A stretch of DNA of 50,710 nucleotides from a virus (taxonomy: Duplodnaviria > Caudoviricetes), in IMG/VR virus record IMGVR_UViG_3300028610_000533, positions 1 to 50,710 of that record; one strand, written 5' to 3'. The position numbers and the translations under genes were made by a program. Shown here piece by piece: positions 27,178-34,873 of this stretch (the first letter of the stretch is position 1; each line of letters begins with the position of its first letter). The notes under the pieces are model-generated. The model searched no databases and was not told the DNA's origin. It saw nothing but the letters and a program-made list of their open reading frames with translations.

Positions 27178-27722
27178 CATTCTTTCACAACGAACCGCCC
27201 GAATGTAGGCCCGTACACGCCCAGCCCGCAACGCATCCCTGCTACATCGTACATGGCATGAATGATATCTTCGGCTACTGAGTCGTCTGTTACCTGAACT
27301 TTGAAGCTACAGGCCCACGGGGTATTCAGAACGGGACGCTCACACGTCGCCCTGCTGTTGCTGGCATTGATGAATGACCGGATATCAATGTCATCGTGCT
27401 TTGTCCGCTTTGGCGTAAAGTACACCTTGCCGTTATCACCCATAACCCACACACACGCCTTGCAGAAATTGAGATACTTCGTGCCCTTCTTTGACTCGAC
27501 CTCGGAACCGTAAATCTTCGCCGCACCCGGACGGAACCTGTTGCCGATCAAGAGCATTCGGAGATTGTCGGTCGGGATGTAGACCCCCTTTTTGTCAATC
27601 CACATCTTTTCGGGGATGGTCTGCTTCTTCTGTTTCTTTGTATCGCCGGGCTTCTCAGGCAGGGGGAATCTGCTGAACATGATCGGAACGATACCTTCAA
27701 TCTTACATTCTACTTCATACAT
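27165..27722 (-). CDS. Stand-alone Cas7/RAMP-like RNA-binding protein (Vipr-like)
   Basis: N-terminal strand VECKIEGIVPIMF, YIPTDNLRMLL (compare IPxSSxKG in Cas7-group RAMPs), RPVLNTPWACSF and the C-terminal Gly-rich loop AGMRCGLGVYGPTFGRF; AGGAG SD before ATG 27722; no other cas genes seen. Confidence 0.75.
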   Translation of the reverse strand: MYEVECKIEGIVPIMFSRFPLPEKPGDTKKQKKQTIPEKMWIDKKGVYIPTDNLRMLLIGNRFRPGAAKIYGSEVESKKGTKYLNFCKACVWVMGDNGKVYFTPKRTKHDDIDIRSFINASNSRATCERPVLNTPWACSFKVQVTDDSVAEDIIHAMYDVAGMRCGLGVYGPTFGRFVVKEWKAK

Positions 27723-27742
27723 GACACTACTCCTATAGATAG

Positions 27743-27819
27743 AACCCTCCCCCAAACGGAGAATCTGCTAAGATACTGAGGTGTCGGGGGAAGGTTAGAA
27801 TGTTTTTTGTATCTTAGCA
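27743..27819 (-). promoter_or_regulatory. Structured 5' leader of the Cas7-like gene (interleaved helices)
   Basis: TGCTAAGATAC/GTATCTTAGCA (27766-76 / 27809-19) interleaved with AACCCTCCCCC/GGGGGAAGGTT (27743-53 / 27786-96). Confidence 0.55.
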
Positions 27820-27826
27820 TGTCTAA

Positions 27827-27854
27827 AGTATAGCACAGAATCGGCCCTTGTCAA
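27827..27854 (-). promoter_or_regulatory. Sigma70-type promoter driving the Cas7-like gene, the array and the early operon
   Basis: TTGACA (27854-49), 16-nt spacer, TGc-TATACT (27832-27). Confidence 0.75.
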
Positions 27855-27873
27855 ATTCTTTTTTTATTTTAGC

Positions 27874-27906
27874 TTGACATTCGGGAAAAATTCGCTAAAG
27901 TATAGT
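27874..27906 (+). promoter_or_regulatory. Divergent sigma70-type promoter
   Basis: TTGACA at 27874-79 and TAAAGT at 27896-901. CTAAAGTATAG occurs at both 27823-33 and 27895-905, a possible shared operator. Confidence 0.55.
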
Positions 27907-28012
27907 ATCTGATTAAGAGTAATGCTCTTTGGTATTTATTTACGGAGGTGTCTCATGTGGCCATTTGATTGGTAGATTGAGAACTTAACCCAGTATTTAG
28001 GAATGACTTTAA

Positions 28013-28089
28013 TGAACCGTGACCAAGAAAAGTACGATAACCACCCAACAGGTGTCAACTTCACGGTTCAGCCTCTGGGTGGTTTTTTT
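28013..28089 (+). terminator. Attenuator-like leader: terminator with a competing helix
   Basis: TGAACCGTGA/TCACGGTTCA (28013-22 / 28061-70) interleaved with AACCACCCA/TGGGTGGTT (28039-47 / 28076-84), followed by a T run. Confidence 0.65.
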
Positions 28090-28101
28090 GTGGAGTAAAT
28101 T

Positions 28102-28272
28102 ATGAATATTCACGATGCGTATGAAATGGAAATGGAACGAATCGACGCTTGCGACGAATGGAGCGAAGAAGAAAAGCAAGAGGAGCGGATGGCCGTTGAG
28201 GAACAGGCAAGAGAAGCAGAATACGCAAGGCAGGCAGAGCATGAGAATGTAGAACGGCGATATGGATATTAA
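28102..28272 (+). CDS. Small very acidic protein (56 aa, not in the ORF track)
   Basis: GGAG SD; MNIHDAYEMEMERIDACDEWSEEEKQEERMAVEEQAREAEYARQAEHENVERRYGY. Confidence 0.6.
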   Translation: MNIHDAYEMEMERIDACDEWSEEEKQEERMAVEEQAREAEYARQAEHENVERRYGY

Positions 28273-28320
28273 TATGCCCACCTTTGATTATACGCCTGTC
28301 GGGGCTATTGTGAGGGCGGG

Positions 28321-28509
28321 ATGACCAAAGACAATGCTAAAGGCAAGGATGTTTGTGATAACTGCGAGGGCTTTGAATACGAAGAAACAACTGCGCAAGG
28401 CTACTGCAACGACCCCCAGAGCGACCATTTCAGGCATGTATTCATGTTCTTTCACACAGCCTGCGACCGGCTGCATAAAAGAGAACCAAATAAATTTGAA
28501 CCAAAGTGA
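28321..28509 (+). CDS. Small Cys/His Zn-binding protein
   Basis: CDNC...C...H...C. Confidence 0.5.
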   Translation: MTKDNAKGKDVCDNCEGFEYEETTAQGYCNDPQSDHFRHVFMFFHTACDRLHKREPNKFEPK

Positions 28510-28517
28510 GATTTTTC

Positions 28518-28546
28518 TTGACAAAACAATAAGGTGACTGTAGGAT
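28518..28546 (+). promoter_or_regulatory. Sigma70-type promoter
   Basis: TTGACA-17 nt-TAGGAT, followed by a structured leader and a terminator-like hairpin at ~28635-28676. Confidence 0.65.
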
Positions 28547-28689
28547 AACTTCATGCATAGTGAAGATAGACAATTGAGTAGTTACAAATCCCCGCGAGGC
28601 GTTTCGTCGTCTCAACTATGCAAGCGGGCCAATATAAGGGTTTCCCGCCTTCACAGGCCGGAGCCCTTACTTTTTGCGCTGAGGTGGGG

Positions 28690-28983
28690 ATGAGCAAGAC
28701 AGGATCAGGACCATCAGGAGGACAGGCAGGGTTTTTGGGCAAGCATGGGAAGTTTGTCACTTGCGACCCCGCAGAGCACGAATCATCCACAGACACCATA
28801 ATTATAGACCTGTTGAAGCATTACCTCAAGCAACTGTCGAAATGGGAGATAACTTTTCTGTCTGATATCTACAGCAACGCCCCATTATCGAGAAAACAGC
28901 ACATAAAAGTAAATAAGATCAAAAAACGAATAGAAAAACTGAACAGTCCGCCGGTGGATGTAGCGGCAGGGTCGAGTACCTGA
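28690..28983 (+). CDS. Hypothetical protein
   Basis: GAGGTG SD before ATG 28690; LSKWEITFLSDI...LSRKQ motif common in small phage proteins. Confidence 0.55.
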   Translation: MSKTGSGPSGGQAGFLGKHGKFVTCDPAEHESSTDTIIIDLLKHYLKQLSKWEITFLSDIYSNAPLSRKQHIKVNKIKKRIEKLNSPPVDVAAGSST

Positions 28984-29238
28984 CCGGACAGGCATGATAG
29001 ACGGCCTGAGAGCGTCTTGAGTACGAATACAGGGTGTTTTATTAAGTCCTATAGCGATTCCCCCAGTTATAGGCCATTTATGCGATTGCGAACTTATATC
29101 TCGATACGGCTGACCCGGCAAAGTACGTTATAAGAGGGGCGATACTGCATACGGACTTATACCGCAGATATCGAACTCCTGAGCATTCGTGCTTAGGGGT
29201 TCTCTGCGCCGTCCTAACCCGCAGACAGGAAACGAGCA

Positions 29239-29928
29239 ATGTACAACAGAAACGGAACAAGCTACTACCGCGTAAAAACTGGTAAGTGCAAGAAAAAGAA
29301 GTGCAGGAGTAAGGCTAAGTGGTGTATTGGTAAGGATTTGTGGTGTCAAAAACACGCGAATCGATGGTTCAAGAAAAACCCCGGCCCACCAAAGGAAAAC
29401 AAGTATCTGACTGTGAAGGACAAAAGGAGAACCTGCACAAAGCGAATTATGGCCTTGCGCAAAAAAGCTACTCCTGCCGAGTTGTGTTTTAAGAAGAAAC
29501 TGAGCAAATTCGATATTAAATTCAAGTTTCAGCGTGGGTTCATCAAGGGCAACGGTTACGCTATTGTAGATTTTTACATTCCACGGTACAAGTTGTGTAT
29601 TGAGATCGACGGCGGATACCATAACACGCCGGCACAGCGAAGCAAGGATAAATGGCGAGATAATTGGTTGCGAACCATGCGGCATGTGGAAGTTGTTCGA
29701 TTTACTAATGAGCAGGCTTTCGATATAAGCAACGAAGAATTAGGCCTCTTTCTTGACGAATGCGACCGTAATCACCAGATTCGGCTAAAGGCCACTCTTT
29801 TGACCCGCAAGTCAGAGCAGGCTGAAGCTCTCATGGTGAGGCTGACGGCGGCTGAATGTCGTGCTTATCGGCGGCGCATGCGCGACTTGAAAGAGCAGGC
29901 AAGAGTGGAAAAAGCATTGTTAAGTTAA
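29239..29928 (+). CDS. DUF559 / Vsr-like endonuclease with an N-terminal Cys cluster
   Basis: LRKKATPAE...FKFQ...IVDFY...LCIEIDGGYH...D..RD.WL...VVRFTNE. Confidence 0.85.
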   Translation: MYNRNGTSYYRVKTGKCKKKKCRSKAKWCIGKDLWCQKHANRWFKKNPGPPKENKYLTVKDKRRTCTKRIMALRKKATPAELCFKKKLSKFDIKFKFQRGFIKGNGYAIVDFYIPRYKLCIEIDGGYHNTPAQRSKDKWRDNWLRTMRHVEVVRFTNEQAFDISNEELGLFLDECDRNHQIRLKATLLTRKSEQAEALMVRLTAAECRAYRRRMRDLKEQARVEKALLS

Positions 29929-29963
29929 CAGAACATAACAAAAAGGCTTTAGGGTAAAGGGAA

Positions 29964-30200
29964 ATGAAAAAACCAAACGGATGGTATGGGTTTCACTGGG
30001 AGTGCGATTTGTATGAAAATTGGGGTAGCAATATGAGCCCCGAAAGCAAACATCATTACTGCAAGCGCAAAGACAGACAGGGCAAGGACAGGCCACGTTA
30101 TGATATGCTCCGTTGCCACTGGAACGTATGCCCAAAGCTCAAACAGCACATATACCCACCATCTCCGGACTCACCTTTGGCCGCAGGGGCTTGGGGATGA
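29964..30200 (+). CDS. Hypothetical Cys-containing protein
   Basis: ORF following the DUF559 gene. Confidence 0.4.
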   Translation: MKKPNGWYGFHWECDLYENWGSNMSPESKHHYCKRKDRQGKDRPRYDMLRCHWNVCPKLKQHIYPPSPDSPLAAGAWG

Positions 30201-30242
30201 GCAAGCTAATGTGATTGCAGATAATAAGGCAGAAAGGAAAGA

Positions 30243-30473
30243 ATGGACTACTGCGCAGAACTAACCAGGGACACTTATCATTCATTGTTGGAGGTTGTGG
30301 GTGTATCACCGGAGGCAGCTTTGACAGAGTTCGAGCAGAAGCTGAAAACCTTTAACTTTGTCGAGTCCCTGAACGAAACAGCAAGAGACATGAAGTTCTG
30401 GTTTGACGTGCATTTTCCCAACAAAGATAGTGTATATGAAGGAACACCCAGTAAGACTAACTTGAGGGGTTAG
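30243..30473 (+). CDS. Hypothetical protein
   Basis: AAGGA SD. Confidence 0.45.
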   Translation: MDYCAELTRDTYHSLLEVVGVSPEAALTEFEQKLKTFNFVESLNETARDMKFWFDVHFPNKDSVYEGTPSKTNLRG

Positions 30474-30768
30474 CTTTGGCAACTGCGGCTTCAATCGCTT
30501 CTATCCACCCGTCATCGTCGCCGTGTTCGACATTATCAATAGCTCTCTTGCAAGCCTCATATAAATCAGGGGCAGCGGCGATAAGGCGGGCGTTGGCTGT
30601 AGTATTATGTTCGTCTGGTTCGCCTGTTTTACCACAAGATATACCGCCAAAATGTCCATCTACTCTGCAAATTATATGCGATCCCGAATCTTTTACATAG
30701 ATATGGCGCATGCCCTCCATGTCTAATGGGTGATCGGACACCCACGGTCCTTTTGTAAACTTACTCAT
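30457..30768 (-). CDS. Conserved small phage protein
   Basis: MSKFTKGPW...ANARLIAAAPDLYEAC family motif; AAGGAG SD. Confidence 0.75.
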   Translation of the reverse strand: MSKFTKGPWVSDHPLDMEGMRHIYVKDSGSHIICRVDGHFGGISCGKTGEPDEHNTTANARLIAAAPDLYEACKRAIDNVEHGDDDGWIEAIEAAVAKANPSS

Positions 30769-30932
30769 AATATCTCCTTCAATTCCAATAAATGTACCCG
30801 ATCATAATCATCGTCAAGCAACATTTCAGCCTTCACCGCCGATTCTGCCTCAACCTCGACAGTCATCACCGCAGATGTCTCTGAGCAGCCATAGGCGCGC
30901 GATGTGAAGGTTATCAGGTATCGGTGCATGGT

Positions 30933-31241
30933 TTACCCCTTTAGGGCAGCTTCGATAAACTGGACAACTTCTCGGACATCAACACCGGCTGCAAACATGA
31001 AGGGCTTGCCAATGGTAGCTTGTGCGATAGGGTTATTTGCCGATTCTATGCCGCCCCCGAAAGTACGGAATTTAAGCCCCACAAGGCGAACAATGTCGTC
31101 GGTGCGGTTGCCGGACATAGTTGCTTGCGTGTAACATTGAGCAGAACAATATTTGTTAAGCCACGGAGTATCACCGTAAACTCGGCAGGCTTCACTGAAA
31201 TCATACTCTTTATCGCATTGTTGACAGGTTATGTTTTCCAT
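30933..31241 (-). CDS. Hypothetical protein with a Zn-ribbon (CxxC...YCSxxC)
   Basis: GGAG SD before ATG 31241. Confidence 0.55.
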   Translation of the reverse strand: MENITCQQCDKEYDFSEACRVYGDTPWLNKYCSAQCYTQATMSGNRTDDIVRLVGLKFRTFGGGIESANNPIAQATIGKPFMFAAGVDVREVVQFIEAALKG

Positions 31242-31309
31242 AATACATCTCCATAAATAGATACCCGCCCCAATCGCCAACGCAGCGAAAAGGGCAGGCA
31301 AAGGGGTTA

Positions 31310-31642
31310 TTATTGTACCGAAAAATGCTCTGAGTCCAGAACGCTGTTACAGACATATTTTGCGTGCATATCGTCACCGGCAATCGGGTCGGTATAGTTG
31401 CGAAACAAGCCCTTTATCATATCGTCACGAACCGGCACAGCGTCATCGGGTATTGTGTCGACCTTCTCAAACATCCGATAACAGCAATGGTCGAATGGGA
31501 ACAGCAACCCATCGCGGGCTTCAACTTTGCCGTAAAAGCTAAGACCGTCCGAGCATTGGCCGAGGTGCGTAGGCTGTAACTTGACAATATCGCCCGCGTC
31601 GATTAGCTGTCCTTTTGAGTCTGTAATAATTAACTGCAACAT
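31310..31642 (-). CDS. Hypothetical protein
   Basis: GGAGGT SD before ATG 31642. Confidence 0.55.
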   Translation of the reverse strand: MLQLIITDSKGQLIDAGDIVKLQPTHLGQCSDGLSFYGKVEARDGLLFPFDHCCYRMFEKVDTIPDDAVPVRDDMIKGLFRNYTDPIAGDDMHAKYVCNSVLDSEHFSVQ

Positions 31643-31643
31643 C

Positions 31644-31937
31644 TTACACCTCCCCATTCGATACACATGCACGCTTGAGTCCGTCCGAAACCGTGAAGAT
31701 AACCGGATAGCCGTTATCTCTATTGTAGCATATCGGCGGTGTGTCTTTTGGCGATTCAATCCAGCCCGCGCTTTCCATCGCCTCGAACGTTGACTGCTCA
31801 TACTGTGAGCCGTAGCCGTATTGAAACGGTGCGACACAAACAGCTTCATCCGAGTGTCGGATAATACGGACAGAATGATAAGTGTTGCCGTTGACCTTAT
31901 CAAACCACTTTTTAACGACTGCTGTGTACTTCTTCAT
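31644..31937 (-). CDS. Conserved hypothetical phage protein
   Basis: KWFDKVNGNTYHS...PFQYGYGSQYEQ motif. Confidence 0.7.
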   Translation of the reverse strand: MKKYTAVVKKWFDKVNGNTYHSVRIIRHSDEAVCVAPFQYGYGSQYEQSTFEAMESAGWIESPKDTPPICYNRDNGYPVIFTVSDGLKRACVSNGEV

Positions 31938-32016
31938 TTCGTAACCCCTTTTTAAAAATATATTGATATTACACGCCCGTTAGTTTATAATTGGGCGTTC
32001 TTTTGTAAGTTAAGAA

Positions 32017-32223
32017 TTATTGCGGGTAACATACAGAGCGAATCAAATCTTGAACTTCGGCCAAAGTGGCTCTGCATGACGGGGCTTGTTGCAGCAAAAT
32101 ACCACAAACTTTTTTACACAATGCGCCGTCTTGTTGGGTTTGGCTGAGCATATCCCAACCTTTACCCCACTCCTTAACCGCTTCTTTCCTGAACAGCTTT
32201 GTTTGCTCTACACTCCACGCCAT
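32017..32223 (-). CDS. Hypothetical protein
   Basis: AGGGG SD. Confidence 0.5.
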   Translation of the reverse strand: MAWSVEQTKLFRKEAVKEWGKGWDMLSQTQQDGALCKKVCGILLQQAPSCRATLAEVQDLIRSVCYPQ

Positions 32224-32254
32224 AATTATACCCCTTTACAATAAAGATTAACGG

Positions 32255-32431
32255 TTAGATATAAATGCTGGTTTCGGGCATTTTGGCGCGGCCGGCGATA
32301 CGGTGCAAGTATCGGCATAGACGGATAGAGACTTCTGAGTAGTATAAGGTTTCAAAAGCTTCTTCGATGTCTTGTGTGATTCCTGATTGAACAACAGTTA
32401 TCATATAGTCTACCCATTGTTGCTTATCCAT
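32255..32431 (-). CDS. Hypothetical protein
   Basis: GAGGTG SD before ATG 32431. Confidence 0.5.
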   Translation of the reverse strand: MDKQQWVDYMITVVQSGITQDIEEAFETLYYSEVSIRLCRYLHRIAGRAKMPETSIYI

Positions 32432-32442
32432 AATACACCTCA

Positions 32443-32526
32443 TAAAGAAAAAGACCCGCCCAGAACAAGCTTGCGGGGAAGTTCCGAACGGGTCTGAGTG
32501 AAAATCGAATTTTGAAGGTTGCAAGC
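32443..32526 (-). terminator. Attenuator-like leader terminator
   Basis: AGACCCGTTCGGAAC...GTTCTGGGCGGGTCT-TTTTCTTT hairpin; upstream GCTTGC can pair with GCAAGC in the loop. Confidence 0.6.
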
Positions 32527-32642
32527 CATACTAAAACCTTGCAAATATATCAGAGAAGTCAAATGCAAAAATAACGAGACAAGGCATAAGTGCAGTAAAA
32601 ATAGACACTTATGGGCGAAAAAAAATATAATAAAGATTATAC

Positions 32643-32670
32643 TTGCTATTTCAACCAACTATGATACAAT
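32643..32670 (+). promoter_or_regulatory. Promoter of the packaging/structural operon
   Basis: TTGCTA-16 nt-TGa-TACAAT in an AT-rich divergent intergenic region. Confidence 0.55.
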
Positions 32671-32712
32671 GAGCTCGTAAAAATAACATGACAGAAATGT
32701 TCAAGAGGTTAG

Positions 32713-33972
32713 ATGCGTAAACTGTTACTGATATTCTTATTGTTCGCTTCCCCCCTATTCGCTCAGGAGCTTGTGAGGTATGGCACTTTTGAGTTGAATA
32801 CAGATTTCCCTAATTTATTGACAACTAACCCCGATTTCTCAGATTGGTCGGGTGGCGATCCTGTAGGGTATACAGTAACGGTCAATGGTGATGGTGATGT
32901 AAGCGAGGTAGGGCAGGGGCTGTTTAATGGGGGTGGGGGAACCGGGGCGGCCAATTTATTCCACTCAGCCCCCGCAAACTCAGGGCAATTCAACACAGCA
33001 AACTTCCTAGACGCCACAACTCAGTATAATATAGATATTGATTATTGGCAGAATGTCGGCTCTGATGATACTGATTTTCAATTTGCATCCGGCGGGGACA
33101 CGATAGCAACTCTGAACGCTTCGGCACATTGGGCGGTAGAGGGTACTACCGGGGCACAAGCTGAGAAGTTAGGGTGGATTCGAGCCAACCCCGGAAACAC
33201 AATGGACGCCACCTACGACAATATATTCGTCCGGGCTTTGGGTGTTACGGGATGGTTATGGGTTGATGAGTGGAACCTTACAAATGATGCAGATGCAGTA
33301 TGGGAAGCATTAGCAAATGGTACAAATAACGTTCTGAGACAGGCAATCGCCGGAAGTGCAGAGAATGACGTTTTCAGGTGCAGGTTCACGGTGTCGGGCA
33401 TAACCTTCGACGCTGATACCTTCTTAAATGTAACAATGGACCAAGCGGACGGACTACAACCGGGTGCAAGGATAATAAATGATGGCAGTTACGATATTTA
33501 CGTCAAAGCCGGGGCAAGTGGAACGGGGATCATATTTCAGGTGATAAACGGTGACACTGGCGACACAATGACACTCGAAAGCGTATCTTTAGTTGACCCG
33601 ACCATAACCACTGACCAGATAGTAACTTACGGTCCAGGAGTAGTACAAAATGGTCTTGCCAATGAGGATATAGGACCTGTAGGGGTATATAGCCGGACAG
33701 GAACACACAATAGTAAGGATTATTACAAATCAGACATAACTCACCCAGACGGAGCAGGGGGAGTGACAAACTGGTTTATATGGTGGGATAACGTGGACTC
33801 ATGGATAACAAGCACAGTTCTGGGCACGAATGGCACAAACTATTGGAAAAGAACCAACGCAGAGCCGGCAGGGGACTATACAAACCAGGGTAACGCAGCG
33901 GGGACAATAACAGCAGAGGCAGGGGATGAAGTAGCAACAAACCGCAGGAGAAGGTATAAGGGGCGTAGATAA
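32713..33972 (+). CDS. Signal-peptide-bearing beta-sandwich (CBM-like) protein, putative virion/adsorption protein
   Basis: MRKLLLIFLLFASPLFA-Q; NLLTTNPDFSDW and DNIFVR are CBM-like motifs; Arg-rich C-terminus. Confidence 0.6.
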   Translation: MRKLLLIFLLFASPLFAQELVRYGTFELNTDFPNLLTTNPDFSDWSGGDPVGYTVTVNGDGDVSEVGQGLFNGGGGTGAANLFHSAPANSGQFNTANFLDATTQYNIDIDYWQNVGSDDTDFQFASGGDTIATLNASAHWAVEGTTGAQAEKLGWIRANPGNTMDATYDNIFVRALGVTGWLWVDEWNLTNDADAVWEALANGTNNVLRQAIAGSAENDVFRCRFTVSGITFDADTFLNVTMDQADGLQPGARIINDGSYDIYVKAGASGTGIIFQVINGDTGDTMTLESVSLVDPTITTDQIVTYGPGVVQNGLANEDIGPVGVYSRTGTHNSKDYYKSDITHPDGAGGVTNWFIWWDNVDSWITSTVLGTNGTNYWKRTNAEPAGDYTNQGNAAGTITAEAGDEVATNRRRRYKGRR

Positions 33973-34325
33973 TGCCAAAGGAAGTAAAGAGGAAAGTAGG
34001 TAGGCCAAAGCGGGTATACACCGAAGATGAGATAGCAAGCGTAACACGATACGCCCGCATGGGCTGTCATACGCTTACAATAGCCAATGCAACGGGTATT
34101 CCAGAGTCTAACCTGAGACAGAATTTTAGTGAAGTAATGCTTAAACAAAGGGCTTTGCATAAAGTAGACCTGAGAAAAGAACAGGGGAAAGCCTGCAAGA
34201 ACGGTAATCCAGCCCTATTGATATTCCTCGGCAAGAACATACTTGAGCAGAAGGACAAGGTAGAGACGGACGTAAACCACCATGTAGCGGATTTGGCGAC
34301 ATTTCTGAAGGCTATGAAGACATGA
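33972..34325 (+). CDS. terS: Terminase small subunit
   Basis: VGRPKR, HTH (TIANATGIPESNL) and ALLIFLGKNILEQKDK motif; upstream of terL. Confidence 0.75.
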   Translation: MPKEVKRKVGRPKRVYTEDEIASVTRYARMGCHTLTIANATGIPESNLRQNFSEVMLKQRALHKVDLRKEQGKACKNGNPALLIFLGKNILEQKDKVETDVNHHVADLATFLKAMKT

Positions 34326-34873
34326 AGATATGCAAGAAACAGGACTGTGTGAACGTATTGACGGGCAAGGCTGTTTATTGTTCTGATCGGTGCAGGCAGC
34401 AGGCGTCACGGTTGAGGCGAAGTGTGACAAAGGCACCTGTGACAAGCAAGTGTGACAAGCAACCCGTGACAGACCATAATCCACTAACCCGTGACAACCC
34501 GCCAAATAAAGAGCCTCAGATTGACTCAGGATCGACGAACTCGGACAAGGTGGTACTACAGCACCCCCCAAATCGGGGAATCTTAAGCGTAGATGAAATA
34601 GAGCGGGCTGTTAAGAAAGTCAAGGCAGAGCGCGAAGGTTGCCCCAATGATTGGCTCGATAGAATCAACTCATTACCAGTGGGTGTGGTTCGCCCCCTGT
34701 TTGGTGTAACTGGCGAACTAAGAGACAGGACACATCAACAACTACAATCCTCGATGCCCCGAACAAGTTGGCAGTCAAGCCAGGAGTATGCCGAGGTTAT
34801 CTATCGTCTACTCTATTGGGCCGACGAACAGTTGAGGGGTGTGTTTATCCCATCATGGAGGGCAGCGGCTTAA
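34322..34873 (+). CDS. Zn-finger protein (C..C...YCSDRCRQ)
   Basis: CGNR-like finger at the N-terminus; contains five GTGACA repeats. Confidence 0.55.
   Translation: MKICKKQDCVNVLTGKAVYCSDRCRQQASRLRRSVTKAPVTSKCDKQPVTDHNPLTRDNPPNKEPQIDSGSTNSDKVVLQHPPNRGILSVDEIERAVKKVKAEREGCPNDWLDRINSLPVGVVRPLFGVTGELRDRTHQQLQSSMPRTSWQSSQEYAEVIYRLLYWADEQLRGVFIPSWRAAA

Noticed and set aside
26503-27261. 252-aa Ser-rich + strand ORF and overlapping ORFs (26201, 26418, 26757)
   Set aside because: These are antisense shadows of the pentamer array. The TC periodicity suppresses stop codons on this strand, and the products are low-complexity with no convincing SD.
29128-29685. Long antisense ORFs opposite clear genes (e.g. 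29128-29685, 47957-48838, 35551-36204)
   Set aside because: They overlap well-supported genes on the other strand and have no recognisable motifs.
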